A stretch of 64,000 bases of DNA from Azolla caroliniana (taxonomy: Eukaryota; Plantae; Polypodiophyta). A program made the position numbers and the translations under genes. How positions within the stretch are numbered: position 1 is the stretch's first letter; each line of letters begins with the position of its first letter. The DNA is taken from NCBI GenBank assembly GCA_043228905.1, contig JBHGNT010000020.1:5270001-5334000 (forward strand), in the 5' to 3' direction. The notes beneath the pieces were generated by a model. That model worked only from the letters and a program-made list of their open reading frames with translations, was not told where the DNA came from and did not search any database. Below are positions 25,601-38,600 of this stretch, piece by piece.

Positions 25601-28600
25601 TTCTGTAGGTAGACAACCGTCCTCATGGCTTCAGCCCAATAGAATTTCGGCATATGCTTCTCTTTGAGCATTGCCCTGACTGCTTCTTCGATTGTCCGAT
25701 TCTTCCGCTCGGCCACACCGTTCTGCTACGGCGTGTATCTACACGAGAATTCGCGTCGAATTCCCTCCTTCTGTAGATAACTTGTGAACTGGTCGGAGAA
25801 GTACTCCTTCCCACCATTGGACCGTAGGCATATGATCTTACGCCTTGTTTCCTTTTCCGCAAGGCTCTTCACCTTTAGGAAACATGCGAAGACTTTGCTC
25901 TTCTTCGCGATCGTGCATACCCACGTGTGCCGAGTGAAGTCGTCGATAAAGGTTACAAAGTAACAGCTTCCACCGAGACTCACGTTCTATGTCGAAACCC
26001 ACACATCCAAATGGATCAAATCCAACAGATTTCGACTACGATTACGCTCGTTGGGGAATGGAAATCAGTGTTGTTCTCCCATATGGCAAGTTTCGCAGAC
26101 TTGGCCATTCTGGCCTCGAAATTTTGGCAAGCCGAACACAATGTTCTTCGATTACATTTCACGAAGCTGTAGAAAGTTAATATGGCCGAACCGCTTATGC
26201 CACAGGTCCATCTCCGACTTGACCTTCTGCCCTTTCGCAAACATAGCGGTGCCCACATTGTTGGTATCGAGGATAAACATCCTCCCTTCACGGCGCCCTT
26301 GCATGATTACTTTGCCTTCCTCTTCTATGAAGCACCCTAGATGTGTGAATCGAACCTGCATTCCGTGGTCAACAATCTAACCGATCGACACCAGGTTCTT
26401 CGTTATTGTCGAGACATGCAACACGTTCATGAGTTTCCCTTTCTGCTCGACGTGCCTGAGGGGAACTTCGCCAACATGTTAGATGGTATGCGGAGTGTTG
26501 TCTCCCATTTCGACCACTTCTTGCTATTCCGGTTTCTCCAAGTATGAGAACCATTCCTCGTGACTCGTCATATGATTTGACGTTCTAGAATCAACATACC
26601 ACACCTTGCTCGATTTCGAGGTGTTCACGGCCATAGAATTGGCCATATGCTTCATTACGAAGGCAGGGCCTGATCCATTTCTAGCTCGTTCGGAATCCTC
26701 AGCATAGTGCGACTTTGGACACCTCTCTGCATCTCTCTGGCTCGACGCGGCTTTGTTCGAATCGGCTTTCTTTTTCCATCACTCACTCTCCTTGTGGCCT
26801 TCTCTTGTCGGCTTCCGGCACTGCTATGACTCCCCCTCCTTGTGGAGAGTTCGGAACTGCTGTCGGCATTTCGATTATGCCGCATGTTCTGCTCTTGTCA
26901 GCCGCCTCCATTGTGCGCCGATCTGCCTCATCCACAACGACCACGACGCCTATCTTCCTCTGTGTACAACATCTTGCCGTCAGTGTGCATACTCGTCGAC
27001 GTACCCGCCTGGTTTTCCTCTACCAACAACATTGATTGAAGCTCAATAAACGAAGGCGTATTCTCTCTCATACAGACCGCCATTCGGAAAGCTCTGAACC
27101 TGGACACTAGCCCACCAAGGAACACTTGCACCATCTCGTCCTCCTCGACGTTCACCTTGATGGAGGTGAGTGAGTCACAAATTTCCTTGATTCGGGCCGT
27201 GTAATCAGCCACAGACAGATCTTTCTGCCGGACATTGTTGAGCTCCTACTTGAGCTTCAGCTTCCTGGCTAGTGTGCTTACGGAGAAAAGCTTTTTGAGA
27301 TTTGCCCATGTGTCCTTTGGCGTCATAGCATCTCGAGTATAGCTCAATAGTTGGTCGCTCACATAGGATGCAAAGCAGTAGAGAACTCTGCTTGCCACTT
27401 GTTCCCAAGCTGAAAAATCTTTGTGTGTCGAATCAGGTGCTACATCATTACCTCCTTCGACATAACTCAAGTAGCCGTGACCGAGTAGGTACTGGTACAT
27501 CTTGTACGACCAAGATGTGTAGTTGCACCTGTCGAGCTTCTTAGTCGGTAGCAAGCTTCCCATTCCTCTGTCCATGTTGTTGTCTTATCTTTTCCGAAAC
27601 AACTCAACTATGTCTCTGTCGCAAGCTTTTTTGTCAATTGCAAAGGACTTCATGTTGGGAATATGTCCCTCCAGTGGGAGGATGATCCGACTGTTCGGAA
27701 AGCCGACAGTCGAAGAGTTGGAAAACAGTGAGTCGACTATTTGAGAATTCGACTATTATTATTATTATGATAATAATGATGATGATGTTAGGAAACAGGT
27801 CCCTCCGGATGGGGAGAGAGATGAGCCGCGTTGATGAGGGACTCAGCCGACGCCGATAGGCCGACGTCGAAACCGGAATTGTGTACATAGCCAACTCGAG
27901 AGACTACATTTGTAAATAGTCTGAAAGTTGCGTAAGTATATATGCAACTAGGGCAAACTTTAGCGAGTGATGAACAGAGATAGAATTGCAGAAGCAGAAC
28001 GACTGAGAGAGAGAGAGAGAGAGAGAGAGAACTGAGAGCTGCGCCATAGTTGTGTGTGTAACAGCAAATGCGAAAGAGCCCTATGCGGCTGATACACTCG
28101 ACAGAGTGTTGTAATCTTCTTTGTATTGTATATCCACTATATTATAGTGAGGAATCTGTTCACCCTTGGTTTTTCCCCATTTTAGGGTTTCCACGTAAAT
28201 CTCTGTGTATATTTGTTCACCTTGTCTTATCTAGTATATTTCTGTAATTCGTATTTCAGCGCATAGTTCGTTTATTGTGATTTATTCCGCATCGATTTCT
28301 CAACAAACTGGTATCAGAGCTTGAGGTGCAAGCATGGAAGGAGGCGTGAGCAGTTTCCCAGGTATGATAGTTCTAAACTCTCAGAACTATGCAGACTGGA
28401 AGATAAAGATGGAAGACCTTCTCATAGTTAAAGACCTATATGAGCCAGTCGACAGAGCAGAAATACCTAGGGGAGTATTGGAGTCGGACTAGAAGCTTTT
28501 GAATAGGAAGGCGGTGGCCACAATCCGACAATGTGTCGATGTAAGTGTCCTTTAGCATGTGGCGAAGGACACGAATGCCCACGAGATGTGGCAAAAGTTG

Positions 28601-31600
28601 TCGAGTTTGTACGAGAGGAAGAACCCGCTAAACAGAACCTCGCTAATGAGAAAAATCGTATGACTAAAATACAATGACGGTGAGAGCATCGTCGAACACA
28701 TCAACACGTTCATGGGGTATGTAAATCAACTTGTTGCGACCAAGTTTCCCCTAGATGATGCAATGTAGGCCATCTTGTTGATGTGCACACTACCGGAAAG
28801 CTGGGAGAACCTGGTAGTTACTCTCAGCACCTCTTGTCAAGAAGAGAACTTGTCCTTATAGACGGTGAAGACAAGCATCCTAAATGAGAAGGCAAGGAGG
28901 AAAGACAAAGGAGTCCTATCCGAAGCGGAGTCGAACCTGACTCAAAATATGGACAGAGGAAGGGACCGGCGAAGAAGAAGTCCGCAGCGAATGGACAAAT
29001 CCCACGCCAGATTGAAGTCCAGAGGTAAGCCTGTGTGCTTTTATTGTGGAAAACCTTGACACTTCCAAAAGGACTGCTGACACATGAAGAAAGACAAGAG
29101 TGTCAGAAATAATGTTGAACCCCGGAAAATTCCGGATGAAAAGAATACTTCGGCCATTGCTACGAGCAGTGAGGAACTCCTATTCATCTGTGAATAGACA
29201 AGTGCAAACCTTGCAAGCAAAGAGTACACTTGGGTGATTGATTCCAGCGCATCCTTCCATATTACTCTGTAGAGAGAGTATTTCTCAACTTACATAGCCA
29301 GGGATCATGGCTATGTAAAGATGGGTGATAGTGGAGAGTGCAAGATAACCAGAGTCGGAAGTGTAAGCTTTACGACGTCGATAGGGTGTAGACTAACGTT
29401 GAAGGATGTTCGACACATCCCCGATATCAGATTGAATCTGATATCGACTGGAAGGCTTGACGACGAAGGCTACAGTGGTAGCTTTCGGAATGGCAAGTGG
29501 AAGTTTTGCCGAGGAAATCTCATAGTGGCCCGAGCACAGAAAGAAGGCACATTGTACATGATGCATGCCCGACTATCCAAATCGGAAGTAAACGTGGCAG
29601 CCGTCTCGGTACGGGAGATATGGCATAAGAGGCTAGGCCACATGAGTGAGAAGGGAATGCACCTGCTAGTCGACCAGAAACTTCTACCAGAAGTCAAGGG
29701 TGTGCACTTGGAGAAGTGTGTCGAGTGCTTAGCCGGAAAGTAGAACAAGGCGGCATTCCATACAAGACCACCAAGAAGAAGAGAAGCTACATTGGAACTA
29801 GTGCACACGGATGTGTGCTATGTGGATGCTCCATCGCATCGAGGTGGACAGTACTTTGTGACATTCATTGAAGATCATAGTCAGAAGACATGGGCCTTCG
29901 TACTAAAGACGAAGGATCAAGTACTGTCGGTTTTCAAGGAGTTCCAGGCAAGAACCGAAAGAGAGTTGGGTCGGAAACTGAAGGTGTTCCGAATCGACAA
30001 TGGTGGCGACTATAAAGGGCAGTTCAAAGAATACTGCAAGAGCCAAGGTATTCGGATCGAATAAACAGTGCCAAAGACCCTAGAGTTGAACGGGCTTGTA
30101 GAGATGATGAATCGAACGATCATGGAGAGATTAAGGAGCATGCTCTCCCACAAAGGGTGTGAACAGGGAAGGATGTCTCCTACCAACACCTGAGGGTGTT
30201 CGGATGTTTGACGTATATGCATGTACCAAAGGATCATAGGTCAAAGCTCGACAACAAGTCGAAAGCATGCATATTCATGGGATACTCGGAAGATGAGTTC
30301 AGCTACAGGTTGTGGGACTTAGTTGATAAGAAGGTAGTGAGAAGTCGGGATGTCATCTTTCTTGAAGATAAGACAATTGAAGACTGGAAGCAACAGAAGT
30401 CGGAACCGACTCCTCAGTCAACCTCGACTACTATCGACTTAAGGCCAAATGTGTCGTCACCAGCAATTGTAAGGAGACAGTTGGTCGTCAGAGCCGAATC
30501 CGAGTCGGTCGACTCGGAAAGACCGATAAACTATGAGTCAGAGTCGGTAGAGCTGCTGAAGTCAATTGAGGAATATGAGTTGGAGTTGTCGAACCTGGAG
30601 ATGCCGATTGATGAGTAGAATCGCGAGCAAAGAGAAGAGTTGGTAGAGACATCCGGAAGAGAGCCAACAGCGAGTGGACGAAGGTACCCACTCAAAGAAA
30701 GGAAGGCACCGATTACATATGCAAGTCAATACGTCCTCTTGACTGATGACGGTGAACCAGAGTGCTATGAAGAAGCCATTGCCGAGGAGAGCAGAGAAAA
30801 ATGGCTGAACGCGATGCAAGAGGAGATGGAATCCTTGCACGCGAATTACACCTACGACCTAGTAGAGCTGCTGAAAGGTAAGAGAGCACTCAGGAATAAA
30901 TGGGTCTACAAGGTGAAGACTGGAGAAGTCGACAACGAGCCCAGGTATAAAGCCCGCATAGTGGTGAAGGGTTTCCAATAGAAGAAGGGCATCGACTTTG
31001 ACGAAATATTCGCACTAGTCATGAAGATGACATCTATTCGAACTGTTTTGAGCATAGCGGCCAACATGGATCTAGAGATCGAACAGTTGGATGTCAAAAC
31101 CACATTTCTGCACAGGGAGCTAGAAGAAGAAATCTACGTGCAGCAACCCGAAGGCTTTGAGGAAAAAGGGAAAGAGAATTTGGTGTGTCGATTGAGGATA
31201 AGCTTGTACAGATTAAAACAAGCTCCACGCCAATGGTACAAGAAATTCGAGTCCTTCATGATGGAACATCGATTCCAGAAAACACAGGCCGATCACTGTG
31301 TGTTTGTCAAAAGGTACGAGGAAGGAGATTTCTTTATTCTCTTGTTATACGTTGAAGATATGTTGATAGTCGGTCAAGACACAAGGAAGATTGGAAGCTT
31401 GAAGAAAGCTCTCGGCAAATCATTTGCCATGAAAGACCTTGGACCGGCAAAGCAAATCCTAGGAATGCACATAACCCGAGACAGAGGTCGGAAGGTGCTA
31501 TGGTTTTCACAAAAGAAGTATGTGACGAAGATCCTAGAGAGGTTCAACATGTCAAACGCAAAGACGGTCGGCTCAGTGCTGCTGACAAATTGCAGAATAA

Positions 31601-33355
31601 ATGCGAAGCAGTGTCTGAAAGGGGCAGAAGGAAAAGGCTGAGATGAAGAAGGTACCATATGCCTCAGTCGTCGCAGCCTAATGTATGTTGGTCTGTATGA
31701 GACCGGACATATAATTTTCTGTGGGAGCAGTAAGCCGATATATGAGTAATCCAGGGAGAGAACACTGGGCAGTAGTGAAATGGATACTCGGGTACTTAAA
31801 GGGCACCTCGGGGGTGTGCCTAAGGTATGGTGTCGGAAAACTTGTGTGGGAAGGTTTTACCGATTCAGACATGTCAGGAGATGTCGACTCAAGCCGATCC
31901 ACGTCTGGGTATGTGATGACCTATGCAGGGGGAGCAATGTTGTGGCAGTCACGACTGCAGAAGTCTGTAGCCTTGTAAACTACAGAGGCAGAGTATATGG
32001 TAGTTGTAGAGGCCGGAAAAGAGCTGATATGGATGAGAAATTTTCTCACCGAACTAGGCATGAAGCAAAAGGAGTTCTTGCTTCACTGTGACAGCCAAAG
32101 CGCCATACACCTAGCCAAGAACATGACATACCACTCCCGGACCAAGCACATACAAAGAAGGTATCACTGGTTGCAGGAGAGAGTCAAAGATGGAGAGTTT
32201 GCTCTTGTAAAGATCCATACTGACGACAATGGATCCGACATGCTGACGAAGAACCTACCTATGGACAGACTCAGAGCTGTCGACAAAATACAGGACTGAC
32301 AGATTTCCTCCCACAGGAGTGAAGGGGGAGTTTGTTCGGAATATGTCCCTCCAGTGGGAGGATGATCCGACTGTTCGGAAAGCCGACAGTCGAAGAGTCA
32401 GAAAACAGTGAGTCGATTGTTTGAGAATTCGACTATTATTATTATTATTATGATAATAATGATGATGATGTCAGGAAACAGGTCCCTCTGGATGGGGAGA
32501 GAGAGGAGCCGAGTTGATGAGGGACTCAGGAGACTACATTTGTAAATAGCCTGAAAGTTGCGTAAGTATATATGCAACTAGGGCAAACTTTAGCGAGTGA
32601 TGAACAGAAGCAAAACGACTGAGAGAGAGAGAGAGAGAGAGAAGTGAGAGTCGCACCATAGTTGTGTGTGTAACAGCATACGCAAAGAGCCCTGTGCCGC
32701 TGATACAATCGACAGAGTGTTGTAATCTTCTCTGTATTGTATATCCATTATATTATAGTGAAGAATCTATTCACCCTTGGTTTTTCCCCATTTTAGGGTT
32801 TCCACGTAAATCTCTGTGTATATTTGTTCATCTTGTCTTTTTTGGTGTATTTCTGTAATTCGTATTTCAGCCCATAGTTCATTTATTGTGATCTATTCCG
32901 CATCGATTTCTCAACACTTCAACCCTCGCACTCTGATACCATGTAAAAGAATACGTGTGCGGAAGCGTATGCGAAACACAGAGCACACAGTTCGGAGAAC
33001 GATAGTTTGGTAAAACACAAAAAACGTAGAGATGGAGATGAGAGACATAGAGAGAGAGCAGACAACTTAGTTCTATTTCAAAATAATGACACTTTGTACA
33101 TACTTCGTGCTTACTGAGCACCTTTTATAGAAGCCCTGACTATCGGGCTGACACAAGAACTGACAGTACTTGACTGCTCATAAATGAGCCTACTACACGA
33201 ACTCCCAAAATTATTCCTTACGAGGAATACCATACTAACGGACTTTCGGTTTACGCACCAATACAGCCACGTTATGTGTATTGCTTTACGCACCCAATCT
33301 ACGCATTGGGTTACGCACCGTGTTACGCACCCAATGTTGAGCTTGTCACTCAACA
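22695..33355 (-). mobile_element. Ty1/copia element (5' LTR 32942-33355, 3' LTR 22695-23115) hosting another copia in its 5' UTR
   Basis: Paired TG..CA LTRs; TSD ggaat/agaat; PBS tggtatcagagtgc; gag-PR-IN-RT(YVDDL)-RNase H; PPT agcttgagggggag. Confidence 0.92.
27653..32916 (+). mobile_element. Full-length decayed Ty1/copia element (LTRs 27653-28305 and 32333-32916)
   Basis: Perfect TSD CTTCA; PBS tggtatcagagc 28309-28320; all copia domains in order; PPT ggagtgaagggggag. Confidence 0.95.
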
Positions 33356-35674
33356 AGAATGTACAAAATCGAGTGTGGTTCTTCAAACACAACATAAAAC
33401 AATAATAGTGAAGATACTATTTTATACTAGTTTAATATCTTGGTACAAAAAGATGGAGGTCTTCAAGAGCTTTCGAATACACCTTACCACATAAGAAACG
33501 GACAACTAAGTGGCGAGCTATGTGGGTCTAAAGTTTGCGAAGAAGAAGAGAAAAAACAAAACTACAAGATATCCCACAGAGACAGTACATATATAAGGAT
33601 CCCAGAGTACATAAGCAGGGCCAAAATCTATTAGTTTATATCTATGAGTGGATGATAGAATGTTCAAGGTGACTTGAGCTAAACTAACTAGATCAATGGG
33701 TGTGGCCTAACTACTTGTAAAGGTTTTGGCCAGACGGAGCTGGCGAGAGAGATGGCAACCGGCGACCGAGACCGGGACCAGATGGCGACAGACAAGATCG
33801 GATCGGGATCGGATTGAACCAGACAGGACCGGATAGAGGGATCGGTCGATTGATCGCGGTGCATGGTGTTTTGAAGATTTTCGGTGTAAATACAAGACCA
33901 AAAGCCTAGTAGTATTTTGTGTTTTACAAGGGATATGAGGAAGGCTTGAACCTTGTACCTCCAAGATAAGAAGCAATATATTTACCACTAAGCCATGTCA
34001 TTTCTTTAGAAACTATATTTTTATCATTATACTTTTACATGTAAATTCTCATACATGAGAGTTTACATGGTGACATGGCAAGCATGCATTGCATGCATTT
34101 CATGCATTACGTGCATGTCTTGCACCCTCACATGCACCATATGGGTGAATTTCGGGATAAGGGGAATGAAGAAAACCATGGAAGATGCCGAGGCGACTCA
34201 TGTGGATGTGATGCACTATGCTGGATTGGCCAAAATAAGAGTCGACAAACACAAAATAGAAGCTGCAAAAGTGGGAGCAAAGTTTTGGTCTACCGTTCAC
34301 GAGTATGAGAAGAAGAGAAAAGTCACTTCGAACGAGGTAGAGCTTGCAGATCGAAGTGTACAAAGTATAACCGGATGGTCGGATCTAGTGGATAACTACA
34401 CCATACTTGCGAAAGTGATGTGCGACAACCACGAGGTTTTCGTCGAAGAAAAGAGAAAAAGAATAGAAGAGCAAGGCCCATCTAAAAGACATGAAACAAG
34501 GAACACGAAAAAGAAGGAAGATGCGGAAATGAGTCGAGCTTTAAAAATGGAGGAACGAGAATCAAGCCGAAAAAGGGAGTCAAGCAAACGAATCGAAGAA
34601 ACAGTTCAGCCCGTGAAGGTTGGTGTCGATGACCCCGCTCGGAAGACAAGAACTATGCCTACCTATAAGCTAAGGTCGGACATAGAGCAGACGACAGACT
34701 TCAAGAAGATTCTCGAGGAACACATTCTTGATAGCCACGTGACTTTGTCCTTGATGGAATTACTCGGCATTACGAAGGAGTTCCATGACATCATCGTGGA
34801 CCTTGTGAAGAGAAAGAGGCAACAATTGGATGAGGAAGAAGAGAAGGCACTAAAAGCAAAAGCAAATGCCATAACGATGGCAAGAGACGAAATCTATGAA
34901 GATATGGTGGACAATCACTATACTTGACCTCATTGGGCACGAGTGACAATGGAGACACCAGTGAAGATCGGGGAGAAGAAAGAGACTGTGGTAGCCTTGA
35001 TTGACCATGGCTCGGAGATCAACGGAGTGTCAACCGAGTTCTACAAAAAAGGAAGATGGCCAATTAATACAAACCACGGATGGAAGATTCGAGCGGCAAC
35101 AAAGACGACAGAAGACTTGTATGGAGCTTGTCCAAATGTTAAAGTCACGATCGGGGATGTGGAGATGGATCAACACTTCTTTGTACATAAGCAGGGCCAA
35201 AATCTATTAGTTTGTATCTATGAGTGGATGATAGAATGTTCAAGGTGACTTGAGCTAAACTAACCGGATCAATGGGTGTGTCCTAACTACTTGTAAAGGT
35301 TTTAGCCAGACAGAGCCGGTCAGACGGCAACCGGCGACTGAGACCGGGACCACATGGCTATGGACAGGATCGCATATGGATCAGATTGAACCAGACAGAT
35401 AGGTCGGTTGATCGTGGTGCATGGTGTTTTGAAGATTTTCGGTGTAAATACAAGACCAAAAACCTAATAGTAATTTGTGTTTTACAAGGGATATCAGGAA
35501 AGCTTGAACCTTGTACCTCCAAGATAGGAATGAATATACTTACCACTAAGCCAAGTCATTTCCTTAGAAGCTATATTTTAATCATTATACTTTTGTACAT
35601 GTAAATTCTCATACATGAGAGCTTAGATGATGACATGGCAAGCATGCATTTCATGCATTACATGCATGTCTTGC
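33356..35674 (+). repeat. Duplicate of 16050-17840 (LTR piece + gag + protease) followed by a third LTR piece (35185-35674)
   Basis: ORFs at 34055 and 34943 are nearly identical to those at 16733 and 17612, including the same internal stop after DNHYT. Confidence 0.9.
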
Positions 35675-38600
35675 TGTTAACCGTTTCTGGAGGAAACACC
35701 TTCGATGAGCCCTCAGGCTATCGGTATCAAAGGGTCGTGGTACGTGAAGGCTTCTTCTACACCGAGAAGACGTTAGGGGAACGGGGAACATACACTGACT
35801 ACAACCCGGTAGAGGAGAACACACAGATGAAGGAAGAGTAATAGCGAGATTTATATTAAATGAGAAAGCTCACAATGAATACAGTACACGGCTCTCGGAC
35901 GGAAACAGTTTTGTGTAGAGCTAAGTGCTACTATATTAATCCTACTAATAATGTAGGTATATCTCCTTTTGCCGAGGTATGCAGGTCTTGGCTTATATAG
36001 TTTTCTTCTTACACGGAGCCGAGCCGTCGGTTGATTGTGAGGGGCTCAAAAACTCGACTAATTTAGTTCTACCTATTTCCTCACCTACTTTTCTACCTAC
36101 CGGCGAGTTACATATTTTGTAATTACATTTCTGGCCTATGGACAACACATGGCACGCCCGTAGGACAGGACTTTGTCCGTCAGACTCATGATTCTCCAAG
36201 TGGAGGGATAACAAACGGATTTTGCCAAAATTTTACAAAAAAGGATTTGTTTCAATCCTCTTCTAATATGCCGAGGATATCCTTGGGGACGTCGGGTTGG
36301 TCAGGCTGTTCGGTAGGTGGGGTTGGTGATGGGGGTTTTGCTGCCGAATCTGTGTGTTCGTGTGGGCCGTCCTCTGTTGGTTCCGGGTCAGGCAGGGTTC
36401 TGGTCGTAGTTTGTTGCTCGGTTGTGATGTGGGTGTCTGTAGGGGTGGGTCCCTCCTGTCTAGCTTCCATGGTGGTTGTTGTTGTTGGCTCTGGTTTGGG
36501 GTCATCGGTTGTGGGAGCTTTGTAGTCATGGTAGCTAGGCGTTCCTCCTCGTAAGCTTCGGCTTCTAAACGGAACATCATTTGATCGTCGTTGAATTTCT
36601 CTAGAAGTTGCTCGATTGCCGTGGTGTGGGATTCTGCTAAGGTATGATAATCCTCGGTCAAGTCTTCACAGAGGGTCTGGATGCTGGTGTCATCCATCTT
36701 GTAGAACCCTCGGCCCTCCTTCCTTCAGTTCTCAGCATCCGCGCGTAATATGTGTAATTCAGCGGCTTTGGCTGACCATTCCTGCCATACACGGTCGAGC
36801 GTTTCCTCGATCTTCTTGGTGAGTTGTTGGCGATATTTGTTGATCAGGATCTTTATTCTAGTAGCGGCATTGGCGTCTTCTTGGCATTTGCGGACGAGGG
36901 GCTCAAGAGTAGCTTGGTTATCCTTTGGTTTTGCGGTTACAAGCACGATTATGTTTGGTGAGTTGTGCAACAATTTCATCCACTTCCTTTCTCCAAGCGT
37001 CTCATTTTCGTTCCCTGGCTGCGATGTCCTCTGTTTGCAACTAGTGATAAGCATCGGAAATTTGCGCCCTTTGCTCTTCAGAGATCCTCCAGTGAAGGAG
37101 GCGTGGCTGGTTTGGGGGTGAAGGATTTTCTCTGCCAGTGACGATGTCTCGCTCGTCTGTACCAAATCTATCATTGTGCTTGCATCGACCGTGGCTACCT
37201 TGGGGTGAGCTGTGTCATCGTTGTGTGCTTTGGTAACAATAGCACTCAAGCTCAGGTTTGGAAGAGGGGCAAGTGAGGCATCGTTACTCGGGGCATGGAG
37301 GCTTAAGGGTGGTTGTTCTTGATGTTGTTGCTCCCATGATGCCAGTTTCTGCTCGGCGGCTTGCCATAGCTCGGTGGCCCATTTGGCTTGTTGTTATGTC
37401 ATTTTGATACGTCGGGCCATGTCCTTGGTTGCCCAAGTTGTATGGTCCAGATTTCGATATGCCTCGACTAAGGCCGTGTTCAGATCTGGTAGCTCTATGA
37501 GGAGGGAAGCATTCTGTGCTTGCTTCTTCCAACCTATCTTATGTAAGGCTCGATCCTCTTGAGGTTTAAGTTCTCCCATTAGTGCGCGTTGGATCATCTT
37601 CGTTTCCGCATGCTCCTCGGCCATACGAGCGGCAACAACTACTTGGGCACGCGCGAGGAAATCCATCAAAGTAGTGCACTGAACTCGTATGCCTCCGCAA
37701 GGAGGTCTTTGTAACCGAGGACTTCCTCCTTCGATATCTACGTGGTTTGTCCATGCTTGATTCTGCTTGTGTGGAGCCATGACTCTCTGGGTACCATGGC
37801 CATGGAGGTCGGGTTGGCCTCCTTTGATTTCTGATGCTATGGTCGACCTGCGATTGATGCGTCGTTTTGTTTTCGGCTTGTTTCCTCTTTTGTTGTCGTG
37901 TGCCCGAGGGCTGCTGGTTTGTGGGGTGCGGGCTCGGTTGTGGAGAGGGCATCGATGTCCTTGGTGTTTTCTGTCATATGGTGACATCCTTAGTGATGGG
38001 CTCCTCGGCCTCGTCCCATTCGACACGAGTCACTGGTAACGCTCATTGCTTCTGTGTTTTTGGTGGGGGTGGCGCCGAAGTGGGAGTAGGATTCCGAGCG
38101 GCCGAGGGAGGTGGAGAGGGCGAGGGGTCTTCCAATTCTTCCTAGGTTAACACCAAAATCTGCTCCCACTGTTTCCGTGGTGGTAGTGGAGAGGTGAGGA
38201 TGCGACGAGGGGAGAATGAAGGAGGTGGGTAGAGGACTGTGAGGTAATGGGTCATCACAGGTAGCAATCGCTTACAGGATTGAAAAGACTCCAGTGTTGC
38301 ACGGACTCCTTCGCCGGTGATGATTCCCCAATCAACTTTGTTGCCTTCGTACTCTCTGATGATGATGACAGCCTTATTTTGTGGCATACTCGTGGGATTT
38401 GTATGCACAAAGGCGTATTCCATCAAAATTTGGGCGATCTCTCCAAAAGACTTGTTTGGTCCTCCGTAAGTGTGGTAAGCTTTTCCCGAAATTGAATACA
38501 TCCAAAAGTATTCCTTGAGGGTCGTGTGAGGAGGAATCTCGACTTCATGTTCTCCGCCTCGCGTAAGGTTCAGAGCAACGCAAATCATATTGTTGGTCAC

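Larger units (their letters stand above)
22652..34130 (+). mobile_element. Gypsy LTR (22652-22694 + 33356-~34130) interrupted by the nested copia pair
   Basis: Begins tgttgtaa after the PPT; continues after TSD (g/a)gaat; body matches 16050-16790 and 35185-35674. Confidence 0.7.
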
